Positions 32,269 through 43,015 are shown, counted from the stretch's first letter. The stretch: 64,000 nucleotides of DNA from Rhodospirillales bacterium (GCA_038143065.1 JAYQLI010000035.1:1344894-1408893); one strand, 5' to 3'. Translations and numbers: made by a program. Notes: a model not told the origin generated them from the letters alone.

Positions 32269-33286
32269 ATGCATATCGATACTCAAATCAGGGATATGGA
32301 ATTAAAGGATGTGCCTGGTGAGGCTAAACGACTTGAGCAACTTGGCTTCGAGTGCGTTTGGACCTTTGAAGCGAAGCATGACCCATTCTTGCCTCTTGCG
32401 TTTGCAGCAACATCGACAGAGAAAATGGATGTTGGCACAAACATCGCAGTGGCCTTCGCTCGCAGCCCTTATTCTATGGCTCAAGCTGCTTGGGACGTGC
32501 AACGAGCAAGCAATGGCAGACTCCCGCCTCGGTCTTGGGACTCAGGTAAGGGCCCACGTCGAGCGCCGATTATCTATGCCCTTTGATCGACCTGCAGCAA
32601 GAATTACGGACTATATTCGCTGTATCCGAGCTATTTGGAATACATTTCAAACTGGGGATAGACCGAGCTATGAAGGTGAATTTTATCGGTTTCTGCTCAT
32701 AAACCCATTTTTCAATCCTGGCCCAAATACAAAACCCGATATACCAATCTATCTAGCTGGCCTTAATCCTCGAATGGCAAAAGCTGCTGGTGAGGTAGCA
32801 AACGGTTTCCATGTTCATCCGATGCACTCTCGCAGTTATCTTAAGGAAGTTGTGCGTCCTGCGATCCAAGAAGGCGCGGTTGCGAATGGCAGAGTCCTAA
32901 GTGATGTAGAACTATACGCACCTGTATTTGCAGTTTGGGGAGAAACCGCGAGTGAACGGTCGAAAACTGAGGCTATAATTCGAGAACAGATCGCCTTTTA
33001 TGGCTCCACTCCAAACTATCGTCGTCTTTTTGAACACCATGGATGCGAAGATCAGGCAAGAAAACTCTCGCAGCTAATGCGGAATGGTGAATTCTCTGAG
33101 ATGCCAAAACTTGTTCCAGATCATCTAATGGAGGAACTCGCCATCCATGGCACTTTTCAGGAATTACCCACTAAATTGCGCGAACGTGCATCAGGAGTTC
33201 TTGACCGAGTATCCCTCTATTTTCCAATAAACCGTGAAGACCCTGACGAGATGTGGCGGAACTTTGTGCTAGGATGCAAAAGCTGA
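32269..33286 (+). CDS. LLM-class oxidoreductase, probable F420-dependent (TIGR03617-like), frameshift at ~32523
   Basis: EAKHDPFLPL, GTNIAVAFARSP, LGLGTQVRAHVERR, PFFNPGP, HPMHS, QIAFYGSTPNY. Confidence 0.85.
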
Positions 33287-33414
33287 ATAAGAATTGCTCT
33301 TACTCGAAAATTTATCATTGAGACCGAAAGAATTAGAGGTTTAGTTTCTTTTAAACTCGCTAATTTGATTACCTACCCTGTGAAGTTGCCCAATAAAAAT
33401 ACGAGCAAAAACCA

Positions 33415-34305
33415 ATGCCTAGAATAGCTGCTAATGGAATCCAAATTGAGTATGAAGTTCATGGCCCTAAAGCAGGACCACCTCTGTTACTGATAAACGG
33501 CTTGGGAACACAGCTAATTTCTTGGGCAAGTGAACTTCTCGACGGACTTACTCAGGAAGGTTTTCAAGTAATTATATTCGACAATCGGGACAGTGGTCTT
33601 TCTACTGATTTTGATCATTTTGGACCCGCCGATATTCCTGCCGCGTTCAAAGCGGCCCGAGCAAAAGAACCGGTGAAAACGCCTTATAATCTTGATGATA
33701 TGGCTGACGATGCAGCTGCTTTGCTTGAAGCCTTAGAAATTCCCTCTGCGCACATTGCTGGCAGTTCGAATGGGGGAGCAATTGCTCAAATATTTGCTTA
33801 TCGCCATAAGGATAAAACCTTGTCACTGGCCTCGATAATGGCAACGTCGGGCAGGCGTGGACTTCCCAGGCCAACCGAAGAGGCAACAGCTTGGTTAAAC
33901 AAGCCTCGGAAAACAAAATCTTCTCGTGCAGAGTTTATAGCCGAAGCTTTAGAAACAGCACGTACAATAGGAAGCCCAGGATTTCCGTTAGATGAGACGG
34001 CAGTCAATGCTCGTGCTGGGGCACTCTTTGACCGTGCATACAAACCGGGCGGTCATGGGAGGCAGTTGCTTGCATCAATTGCCTCAGCCGATATAAGAGT
34101 TGCTCATTTAAATGAGATCAATGCCCCTACCACCATCATCCATGGGGCAGATGATCCATTAGTCCCGGTGGGGTGTGGAGAAGACGTAAAAAATAGTATC
34201 GAAGGAGCAACCATGACCGTGATATCGGGGATGGGGCATGATTATCCGAGTGGAGCTGTACCGGCGATAGTCGATGCCATCAAGAAGAATGCTGATCGGG
34301 CTTAA
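33415..34305 (+). CDS. Alpha/beta hydrolase
   Basis: LLINGLGTQL, FDNRDSGLS, GSSNGG nucleophile elbow, HGADDPL, GMGHD. Confidence 0.9.
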   Translation: MPRIAANGIQIEYEVHGPKAGPPLLLINGLGTQLISWASELLDGLTQEGFQVIIFDNRDSGLSTDFDHFGPADIPAAFKAARAKEPVKTPYNLDDMADDAAALLEALEIPSAHIAGSSNGGAIAQIFAYRHKDKTLSLASIMATSGRRGLPRPTEEATAWLNKPRKTKSSRAEFIAEALETARTIGSPGFPLDETAVNARAGALFDRAYKPGGHGRQLLASIASADIRVAHLNEINAPTTIIHGADDPLVPVGCGEDVKNSIEGATMTVISGMGHDYPSGAVPAIVDAIKKNADRA

Positions 34306-35157
34306 GCGCATCGGCTAAACTCATACTAGCGCTTCCTCTTCTCGCGGGTTGCTGCTGAGACGATGCTGGGCACCAACCAGCCAAGAAAACAACTTCAAAC
34401 GGAACGGCTAGACGGCCATCATCCTCGGTATTTTTGGTCAGTTGTGCCAGGGCCTTCATAAGCACCTGCCGACGCATGGGGTATCTGCTTCGCTCAGAGA
34501 GAACACTGGTCTCGCCCATTAACCGAAGATCTTGGAGAAGGCGTAATGGTTCATTATACCTAACAGTGATTGTTTCTGTGTCTGCTACAGGCAATGCAAA
34601 CCCTGCACGCTGCAGAAGTGCTGCCGCATCACGAATGTCCACAAATGGCGAAACATGCGGTGAAACTGGAACATTTAATTCGGCCTCGGCCTCCAGCAGA
34701 GCTTGGGAGAGCGGAGCAAGGGTCGCAGGACCAAAAAGTATCCCAAGAAATAGACCGTCTGGTCTAAGCGCTTGTCTTATTTGAACAAGACACCCGGGGA
34801 GATCATTAACTAGGTGCAGATCTCCTGCACTAAATACAAGATCAAGGCTTCCTCCACTAAACGGTAAAGCTTCCAAGTCTAATGCTAATCTAGGACCTTG
34901 GTCACTCAATACCTCTGAAGCGAGATCAGCTTCTGCAAGCCATTGAATACCTCCTCTGCCACCAAGAGCGTCACGGGCCAATCCACCCCGCGAGCCCAGT
35001 GCCAATGCAGTAGGAAAACTTGGTTCAGATCATCCAATCGTTCGGCTAAACGCTCAGTTATTTCGCGCCATAAAAAGTCTGCCTTAGAAAAGGTATTTGC
35101 AGCACGAGCCCGACGTGTACGCGAGAGACGCCGGTCGAAAATAGAAGGTGCGGACAT
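34280..35157 (-). CDS. SAM-dependent methyltransferase (NDUFAF5/BioC-like), frameshift at ~35014
   Basis: IFDRR...RARA, LAERLDD, EALPF, LHLVNDLPG, PHVSPF, LLQRAGFALPVAD, QQQPARRGSA. Confidence 0.88.
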
Positions 35158-35241
35158 TGGCAAACTTTAGTCACTTGAGGAAACAGAACCTACCGCCTAG
35201 CATATTATTTAGTTTTCCAGAATCCGAAGAAGCAAGAAATC

Positions 35242-36831
35242 ATGGCTAAAACCATCTCACCAAAAGCACTTCATGATCTAATCGCGGCAAATGCACAGGA
35301 GTTTGCAGTCGTTGATGTTCGTGGAGAGCGAGCATTTTCTGATGGTCATTTAATGCATGCAATCTCCGTGCCTCTTGGGCGGCTAGAGATAATGATTGGC
35401 ACTTTAGTACCTCGTTTAACAATGGCGATCTTTGTTACAGACGGCGGTGAGGGTCTTTCGGATAAGGCGGCAAAGAAATTAGAGGAAATTGGCTACACCA
35501 ACGTGGCCATCCTCGAAGGTGGCACGCCAGGTTGGGGCAAGACTGGTTATGAGATCTACAGCGGGTTCAATGTTCCATCTAAAGCCTTTGGTGAATTTGT
35601 AGAACATCATTTTGGAACTCCATCAGTCTCAGCTGAAGAACTAAGAGAAATGCTGGCTTCTGGACAGAAAATGGTTGTTCTAGATAGTCGCCCGATGGAT
35701 GAATTCGAGGTGATGAATATCCCAACGGCTACGTGCTGCCCAGGCGGAGAACTGGCCTATCGCATACACGAAGTAGCCCCCGATCCTGATACGACGATCG
35801 TTGTTAACTGCGCCGGACGCACAAGGTCTATCCTTGGCGCACAGTCTCTCATTAACTCAGGAATACCTAATAAAGTTGTAGCTCTTCGCAATGGCACGAT
35901 GGGCTGGCATCTATCTGGGTTTGACCTTGAAAGGGGCAATTTACGACCAACTGCCCTCAATCTTTCAAGCGCATCCATTGATGATGCCAAGGATAGAGCT
36001 GAGACTGTTGCCAAACGTTATGGCGTTAGAAAAGTTAACCGAGCAACTGCAGAAGAGTGGCTCTTAGATAAAAATCGCACAACACTTCTTCTCGATGTTC
36101 GTCACCCTCACGAGTACGAAACTGGACACATACCTGGCTCTATTTCAGCTCCTGGAGGACAACTTGTCCAAGCAACTGATCGGTACGCAGGCGTGCGAGG
36201 GTCTCGCTTAATCCTAGTTGATGATGCAAATCTGGTGCGCGCGACTATGACTGCTCATTGGCTTTTACAGATGCACTGGGATGTTTATGTACTCGAAGAG
36301 GGTTTACCCATGCATGACTTGGAGACGGGCAAACAAAAAGTTTTAGCTCTTATGCCTCCCTCAGTTGAGTACGCAAATGTCGATAAGACAAAAACTTTGT
36401 TAGATAATGGTTGGATCCCTGTTGACGTTGCAACTAGTCGCGATTACCGCAAAGGACACATCCCTGGCGCTTGGTGGCTGACCCGAGCGCGTATTGAAAG
36501 CGTTATAAAAAACCTTCCTGAAAACGCTGAGGGCTTTGTTACAGCATCAGAAGATGGATTGGTCGCCAGTTATGCGGCAGCAGAACTTTCTAACCTGACT
36601 GGAAAGCCGGCTGTCGCTCTGCAAGGAGGAACGGCAGCTTGGGTTTCTGCAGGCCAGAATGTGGAAACTGGAGAAACCAATCTCGCGGATGAACCAGACG
36701 ATGTCTGGCTAAAGCCTTACGAGCGCAAAGGTGGTGTATTAGAAGACTTCATGCGTGAGTATTTGACGTGGGAAATAGACTTGATAAAGCAAATTGAGAG
36801 GTATGACTTGGTCAGCTTCAAGTCCGTTTAA
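35242..36831 (+). CDS. Four-domain rhodanese-like sulfurtransferase
   Basis: Repeated D(V/S)R...GH(I/L)PG rhodanese motifs; VNCAGRTRS active loop; NVPSKAFGE; YLTWE. Confidence 0.88.
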   Translation: MAKTISPKALHDLIAANAQEFAVVDVRGERAFSDGHLMHAISVPLGRLEIMIGTLVPRLTMAIFVTDGGEGLSDKAAKKLEEIGYTNVAILEGGTPGWGKTGYEIYSGFNVPSKAFGEFVEHHFGTPSVSAEELREMLASGQKMVVLDSRPMDEFEVMNIPTATCCPGGELAYRIHEVAPDPDTTIVVNCAGRTRSILGAQSLINSGIPNKVVALRNGTMGWHLSGFDLERGNLRPTALNLSSASIDDAKDRAETVAKRYGVRKVNRATAEEWLLDKNRTTLLLDVRHPHEYETGHIPGSISAPGGQLVQATDRYAGVRGSRLILVDDANLVRATMTAHWLLQMHWDVYVLEEGLPMHDLETGKQKVLALMPPSVEYANVDKTKTLLDNGWIPVDVATSRDYRKGHIPGAWWLTRARIESVIKNLPENAEGFVTASEDGLVASYAAAELSNLTGKPAVALQGGTAAWVSAGQNVETGETNLADEPDDVWLKPYERKGGVLEDFMREYLTWEIDLIKQIERYDLVSFKSV

Positions 36832-36844
36832 ATAGGTTTTTAGA

Positions 36845-37771
36845 CTAGCAGTTGATGTTTAGGAGCCTAGCGACCTCCTCACGGGTTGCTGCACTATTAG
36901 CGGCACCACTCCGCGTGGTAGATATTGCGGCGGCAACGGAGGCGAAGCGAATAGCAGCAGGTAAAGCCAGTCCTTCTGTCAACGCAACAGCTAGAGCACC
37001 GTTAAAGCAATCGCCAGCGCCTACCGTATCAATGGCATCCACCCTAAATACTGGTTGAAAACCACTTTCTCCACCTGCAGTCGCCCAAGCAGTGCCATTT
37101 GCACCCATGGTTACAACTGCCGCTGGCGCTCCGATGTCCACAAGACGAATTGCTGCTGCAATACCGGTTTTTTTATCATATGGCCTGAAGCCTACATAGG
37201 TCTCTGCCTCGACCTCATTAGGTGTGATGATGTCAACGGCCATAAGAACAGAACCGGCAATTCCATCACTTGGCGCAGGCGCTGGATCGAGGATAACGGT
37301 TGCCCCTGCTTTGCGACCAGCGCAGGCCGCATAAAGTGTAATCTCCAAAGGTATCTCAAATTGCAGCAGAAGTGCTTTTGCACCTTCTAGCGACTGACCC
37401 GCACGAACCACATCAGTCTCATCGACCATACGATTAGCGCCAGCCGCCTGAATGATGGCATTCTCGCCGTTAGCGCCCACGAGAATAACACCGAGTGCTG
37501 TGGCAACCTCGGGATCTATACGAACTCCTGAGGAATCAAGATTGAGCTTATCAAATGCGGCTATAATGTCTTGCCCAAATTGGTCATCACCAATGCGACC
37601 GAAAAATTTTGTTGGCGCCCCAAGTTTTACGGCAGCGGCCGCTTGGTTTGCGCCTTTTCCTCCAAGCCCAGTTATATAATTCCTACCTAGAAGTGTCTCA
37701 CCTGGCTTGGGTAAGCGGTCAGCAAAAGCAGCAACATCCCAAGTAACGCTTCCAAGAACGACAACAGTCAT
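36845..37771 (-). CDS. rbsK: Ribokinase (PfkB family)
   Basis: GGKGANQA, PAPA, TPNEVEA, DTVGAGDCFNG. Confidence 0.9.
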   Translation of the reverse strand: MTVVVLGSVTWDVAAFADRLPKPGETLLGRNYITGLGGKGANQAAAAVKLGAPTKFFGRIGDDQFGQDIIAAFDKLNLDSSGVRIDPEVATALGVILVGANGENAIIQAAGANRMVDETDVVRAGQSLEGAKALLLQFEIPLEITLYAACAGRKAGATVILDPAPAPSDGIAGSVLMAVDIITPNEVEAETYVGFRPYDKKTGIAAAIRLVDIGAPAAVVTMGANGTAWATAGGESGFQPVFRVDAIDTVGAGDCFNGALAVALTEGLALPAAIRFASVAAAISTTRSGAANSAATREEVARLLNINC

Positions 37772-37886
37772 ATCTGCACGCATCCAGCTATTGGTAAAAA
37801 AATACAACAAAAAATTCTGAAATTTTTTGCGTTGATGACTTGCTTTTAGGTGGCCCTAAGAAGCCTTTGATTTTTACGCATGAAAT

Positions 37887-38267
37887 TCATGAGACAACTA
37901 ATAAATCAACTCGATTGGCGTAAAACGCCAGGTAACCAACAATTTCGGCAACTTCATCGTATGGGGTTTCATACGACCATGCCGCATTTTCTGTACAAGA
38001 AGAACCTACTGAAAAACTGTAATAACTTGCATTGCCTTTGTAGGGGCAAGTCGTCAATTGCTCAGACCTTTCAGCTCGTCTCATCAAAATATCTTTACGA
38101 GGAATGTAATAAACAGGGTCATAACCGCTTTCTTCGACGCATAGCGCATCACGAGTGTCAGCAATTACCTCTCCGCCAATGCGTATTACAACCTGCCCTT
38201 GGAAAGATGAAATATGAACAGAATGGCTTGGGTTTTTAATAAAGCCTGGCGCGGGGTAAGAGGTCAT
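37887..38267 (-). CDS. DUF427 protein
   Basis: PVYYIPRKD, TTCPYKGNASYY, AAWSYETP. Confidence 0.92.
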   Translation of the reverse strand: MTSYPAPGFIKNPSHSVHISSFQGQVVIRIGGEVIADTRDALCVEESGYDPVYYIPRKDILMRRAERSEQLTTCPYKGNASYYSFSVGSSCTENAAWSYETPYDEVAEIVGYLAFYANRVDLLVVS

Positions 38268-38472
38268 CAAAATTCTCCTTCTAAAACCAGAGGTCCTTTG
38301 CAAAATTTAGACCTCCAATTACATGCTCGAGTGTTTTTACAACAAATATAATATGACAATGACCCACTACTACGTGTTGCATTATTTGGAATGGATTATT
38401 CCAGTTAAAATTTGCATCCTATCGCTCGATAGCTTTGCTACCGCACCATCATAACCCTAAAAAAGTGCTCTC

Positions 38473-41151
38473 ATGTCTGGTGACAATCTTCAAAATATTA
38501 ATATCCGCCGCAGCCTTAATATTTCTGGCAAAGCTTATGAATACTTTAGCCTTGAAGCTGTTTCAGACGTAGTCGGCGATATTTCTAGACTGCCCCGCTC
38601 GTTAAAAGTGTTGATGGAAAATGTCCTTCGACATCAAGAAAATAATAAGGACATTACTGCAGGTATTTTTCATTTCAGTGATTGGCTTAAATCAGGTGGT
38701 AAGACCAAAGCCGAAATAGCTTTCAGCCCAGCTAGAATACTAACCCATGATTTCAGCGGCATACCTGCCATAGTTGATCTCGCAGCGATGCGAGATGCAA
38801 TTATCGATCTTGGAGGGGACGCGAGCAAAATAAACCCAGCGTGTCCTGTTGATCTCGTGATAGATCACTCTGTGATGATTGATTCTGCGAGTGAAAAAAA
38901 CTCGTTCGCAAAAAACGTTGAACTCGAATTTGAAAGAAACCAAGAACGCTTTGAATTCCTTCGTTGGGGTCAGAACGCATTTAGCAATTTTCGGGTGGTG
39001 CCTCCTGGTACTGGCATATGTCATCAAGTCAATCTTGAGTATCTAGCAAAAACTGTTTGGACAACCTGCGAGGATGGAAAAACAATTGCATACCCAGACA
39101 CCCTAGTTGGTACGGACAGCCATACAACAATGATTAACAGTCTTGCAGTTCTGGGCTGGGGCGTAGGAGGGATAGAGGCAGAGGCTGCGATGCTAGGGCA
39201 GCCAATTTCCATGCTCTTACCCGAGGTAGTTGGTTTCAAGCTCACTGGAAAACTAAAAGAGGGTACTACGGCAACAGATCTGGTTTTAAGAGTTGTTGAA
39301 ATACTTCGACAAAAAGGAGTGGTTGGAAAATTTGTTGAATTCTTTGGCGATAGCCTCAACAATCTGCCCTTAGCGGACCGTGCAACAATTGCGAATATGG
39401 CGCCAGAGTATGGAGCTACCTGCGGTTTCTTTCCTGTTGATTCAGAAGTTATTCGATACCTTAAATTTACAGGCCGCAGTGATCATCAAGTTAACTTGGT
39501 CGAAGCCTACGCAAAGGCACAAGGCATGTGGCGCGAAACAGGAGCGCCTGATCCAATATTTAGTGATATTATCGAGTTAGATATTAGCAGTGTTGAACCA
39601 GCCCTAGCCGGCCCAAAACGCCCTCAAGACCGCGTTTCACTTTCCAATGTTGCTTCAGCTTTTAACCAATTTGAGTCTGAGATCGACGGTGGACAGGCGA
39701 CAGCAGTCGAAGGCACTGATTACGTAATTGAACCGGGCCATATAACGCTAGCTGCAATAACCAGTTGCACAAACACCTCCAACCCACCACTTCTTATCGC
39801 AGCTGGTTTACTCGCAAAAAAAGCTAATGAGCGTGGGCTAACGCCAAAACCATGGGTAAAGACTTCCTTCTCACCCGGTTCCAAGGTCGTTCAGGACTAC
39901 TTGACTGCTTCCGGACTTCAAAAACACCTAGACGATATTGGCTTCAATATAGTCGCATTTGGATGTGCTACTTGTTTGGGGAATTCAGGTCCATTTAAAC
40001 CAGAAATTTCTGAATCTATCGACAAGGGCAACTTACTTGTAAGTGCAGTGGTGTCTTCAAACAGGAATTTTGAGGGCCGGGTACACCACCAAGTTAAATC
40101 TAACTACCTCGCTTCACCGCCATTGGTTGTTGCCTATAGTCTTGCTGGTTCAGTTAAAATTGATTTAACCCAGGAAGCATTAGGTAAAGATCTCGACGGT
40201 AATGATGTCTTTTTAAAAGACATCTGGCCGAGCAGTAACGAGGTTAATGACGCGCTCCAAAAAAGCTTGACGCCCGCTATGTTTCACCAATGTTATAGTG
40301 ACGTCTTCGAGGGGCCAGACCAATGGAAAAACATTCCAGCAACAAATTCTGCCACGTATCCTTGGTCTGAGACATCTACCTACATCCAAAAACCACCGTA
40401 TTTCGATAAAATCTCCATCAACCCAGAAAAACTTACAGATATTATGGGCGCGCGTGTGCTTGCTGTGCTTGGTGATAGCATAACGACTGACCATATTTCC
40501 CCTGCGTCTTCAATAAATAGCAATAGTCCAGCCGGAGAGTTTTTAATTAGTCACCAAGTCCGCCCCCAGGACTTCAATAGTTTTGGAGCACGCCGCGGAA
40601 ACCACCACATCATGATGCGCGGTACTTTTGGCAATAGCCAAGTCAGAAATGAACTAGTTCCAGGCACCCAAGGAGGTTTCACTCGGCACCAACCCTCAAA
40701 GACAGTGATCCCAATATTTGAAGCCGCAATGAAGTATAAGACCGATGGGGTGCCTCTTATTATCGTTGCTGGCAAAGAATACGGCACTGGGTCGAGCCGT
40801 GACTGGGCGGCAAAAGGAGTCCGCTTGCTTGGGGTAAAAGCTGTAATTGCTGAGAGCTTCGAGCGCATTCACCGCTCAAATCTTATTGGATTGGGCGTTC
40901 TACCATTAGAATTCAAGGATGGTCAGAGTCGAAAGTCTTTGAATTTAAATGGAGGTGAAACTTTCGATATTATGGGAATCACAGATGAAATTCGGCCTCA
41001 AATGGATTTGAATTGCACCATTACCTCTGCCAACGGATCTCAAATAAACATAAGTCTGTTGTGTAGAATAGATACCTCGGATGAAGTTGAGCAAATTAAG
41101 AACGGCGGCATTCTGCAGCTAGTATTGAGGAGATTTTTGGAAGCTCAGTAA
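38473..41151 (+). CDS. acnA: Aconitate hydratase of the AcnA/IRP family, atypical active-site motif
   Basis: IDHS, GTDSHT, AITSCTNTSN, CATCLGNSG, NRNFEGR, GSSRDWAAKG. Confidence 0.93.
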   Translation: MSGDNLQNINIRRSLNISGKAYEYFSLEAVSDVVGDISRLPRSLKVLMENVLRHQENNKDITAGIFHFSDWLKSGGKTKAEIAFSPARILTHDFSGIPAIVDLAAMRDAIIDLGGDASKINPACPVDLVIDHSVMIDSASEKNSFAKNVELEFERNQERFEFLRWGQNAFSNFRVVPPGTGICHQVNLEYLAKTVWTTCEDGKTIAYPDTLVGTDSHTTMINSLAVLGWGVGGIEAEAAMLGQPISMLLPEVVGFKLTGKLKEGTTATDLVLRVVEILRQKGVVGKFVEFFGDSLNNLPLADRATIANMAPEYGATCGFFPVDSEVIRYLKFTGRSDHQVNLVEAYAKAQGMWRETGAPDPIFSDIIELDISSVEPALAGPKRPQDRVSLSNVASAFNQFESEIDGGQATAVEGTDYVIEPGHITLAAITSCTNTSNPPLLIAAGLLAKKANERGLTPKPWVKTSFSPGSKVVQDYLTASGLQKHLDDIGFNIVAFGCATCLGNSGPFKPEISESIDKGNLLVSAVVSSNRNFEGRVHHQVKSNYLASPPLVVAYSLAGSVKIDLTQEALGKDLDGNDVFLKDIWPSSNEVNDALQKSLTPAMFHQCYSDVFEGPDQWKNIPATNSATYPWSETSTYIQKPPYFDKISINPEKLTDIMGARVLAVLGDSITTDHISPASSINSNSPAGEFLISHQVRPQDFNSFGARRGNHHIMMRGTFGNSQVRNELVPGTQGGFTRHQPSKTVIPIFEAAMKYKTDGVPLIIVAGKEYGTGSSRDWAAKGVRLLGVKAVIAESFERIHRSNLIGLGVLPLEFKDGQSRKSLNLNGGETFDIMGITDEIRPQMDLNCTITSANGSQINISLLCRIDTSDEVEQIKNGGILQLVLRRFLEAQ

Positions 41152-41175
41152 TCTTAAATTTTTTATTTTTAAAAA

Positions 41176-41215
41176 TTAAGCCCTGCCTTCGAGTTTCACC
41201 GAAGACAGGGCTTAA
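41176..41215. terminator. Long hairpin, probable bidirectional terminator between acnA and the SDR gene
   Basis: TTAAGCCCTGCCTTCG...CGAAGACAGGGCTTAA near-perfect inverted repeat. Confidence 0.8.
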
Positions 41216-41238
41216 AGCTAATAATGTGACTTAGCAGC

Positions 41239-41942
41239 TCAGGAGTTTAACCAACCTCCATCAACATCCACTGTCACGCCCGTCATAAAATCATTCTGGA
41301 CAACTAGCATAATTGCTTGCGCTACTTCCTCTGCAGTACCTGCTCGTGGAATAAGGTTAGCCTTGGTAGCGTTGGACGTCATTTCTTTGCGCTTTGCCTC
41401 GTCAGGCCCAAACATTGGTGTATCAATTACACCAGGAGAGACTACATTCAGGCGCTTTGGAACAATTTCCTTTGCAACACACTTGGCCAAAGCTTCAACA
41501 GCTCCACCAGCAGCCGAAATCGCAACTTGGCCTGGTCGAGCTTTCTTGCTGGCGCACCTGAAACTAAAACGGCACAACCGTCACTTTTTAGGTGACTTAC
41601 ACCTTGTCGAAGAACGTTTGCATATCCCCAAACTTTGGCAAAAGAGTTTTGATACGCATCGAGATCCATCTCCATAAATGGACCTGCTGCACGCGGGCCT
41701 CCAGTGGCAGCGGAAATAAGCACATCGTAGGGACCCGCAGCGGAGCAAACCGCTGCAACTGCATCCCGATCCTGCACATCGCAAGACGCTGTGGTAACAC
41801 CTTCAGGAAGATTAGTTGCTTTTGAAGGGTCACGACTAACTGCAACGACGGTGGCGCCAGCGTCAGCCAGCATCCGAGTTGTAGCAAGTCCAATACCGGA
41901 TGTACCACCGAACACAATTGCCTTTTTGCCTTTGAGATCCAT
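41239..41942 (-). CDS. SDR oxidoreductase (atypical), frameshift at ~41545
   Basis: GGTSGIG, RLNVVSPG, VDGG; no canonical YxxxK seen. Confidence 0.85.
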
Positions 41943-41962
41943 AAAAAAGTCCTTTTTTGATT

Positions 41963-43015
41963 TTATGTGCAAGCGACGGCGTAAATGTCTTTTACGTCGC
42001 CAGATATTGAAATTTCCGACCAGGAATTGCCGCCATCAAGAGTGGCAAAAACTTCCCCATTATATCGAGCGCCCACAGCCACCAGATCAGGGTTCGATTT
42101 GGAAAGGCCGATGGACATTATTGTTCCATGCACCTGCACCTTATCAAAGCGGCTCCATGTTTCTCCAGCATCTATACTTTTATAGACACCCCCATCGTGA
42201 CTTGCCGCAGAAACTGATAATGCTGCAAACATTGTATTTGGATCGTGAGGGCTGGATTTGATATCTCGTCCATAGGTTGTCGGAGAGAAACGACCAACTT
42301 CCATATCGCTCCAAGTCTTTCCTTCGTTCTCACTGGTGAACAGCCCCATTCGAAGAGCTACAACAGGCTTATCGGGCTTGGCTGGTGCGATAGCCACCGC
42401 ATGGCAGTCAAGCATGCCTTCCGCCTTAGTTTCCTTTTGCACAATTGAGCTTTCTAGATGAGGAAGCTTAGATAGTTCTTCCAAGTGGTCCCCCGTATCT
42501 GTCCAACTCTGGCCACCATCCGTTGTGTGCATAGTACCTGCTATTTCAAGGGCAGCAAAAATCTCATTCGGTTTGCCGGGCCGCTGAACCATCCGCATCA
42601 CACGGGGCGGGAATGGGCCAGAGCATCGCTGCTTAATCGGTGGTGTAGGCAATTTCGCCCAAGACGCTCCGCGGTCCTCGGAGCGATATACGTCTATTGG
42701 AGCTCCACCTGCGTAAATAATATCTGGCTGCCCTTCGATAGCTAACACGCTCCATATCTGCTTATCAGCATCTGGGAAATCAGTCTTCTGGAAACTATCG
42801 CCCCCATCAGTGCTTCGAAACACACCATTTGTTGTACCCACAAAAATTGTAGCAGGATCCTCTGGATGAACATAAATCGTATGTGTTTCATACTCACCAA
42901 AGACATGCTCCCAATCACCACCTGAAGCTTTGCGGCGAAAAACACCCACAGAGCCAGTGGCATCCGGCCTTCCAACATAGCCAGCAACACCAGCAAAAAT
43001 ATATTGATCCGACAT
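41963..43015 (-). CDS. BNR/Asp-box beta-propeller protein
   Basis: Repeated Asp-boxes: STDGGDSF, SEDRGASW, TTDGGQSW, SENEGKTW, SIDAGETW, TLDGGNSW; no signal peptide. Confidence 0.85.
   Translation of the reverse strand: MSDQYIFAGVAGYVGRPDATGSVGVFRRKASGGDWEHVFGEYETHTIYVHPEDPATIFVGTTNGVFRSTDGGDSFQKTDFPDADKQIWSVLAIEGQPDIIYAGGAPIDVYRSEDRGASWAKLPTPPIKQRCSGPFPPRVMRMVQRPGKPNEIFAALEIAGTMHTTDGGQSWTDTGDHLEELSKLPHLESSIVQKETKAEGMLDCHAVAIAPAKPDKPVVALRMGLFTSENEGKTWSDMEVGRFSPTTYGRDIKSSPHDPNTMFAALSVSAASHDGGVYKSIDAGETWSRFDKVQVHGTIMSIGLSKSNPDLVAVGARYNGEVFATLDGGNSWSEISISGDVKDIYAVACT

Noticed and set aside
38380-38410. Irr/ICE iron box upstream of acnA (and a half-site near 48990 upstream of acnB)
   Set aside because: Only one half-site of TTTRGAA-N3-TTCYAAA matches in each case
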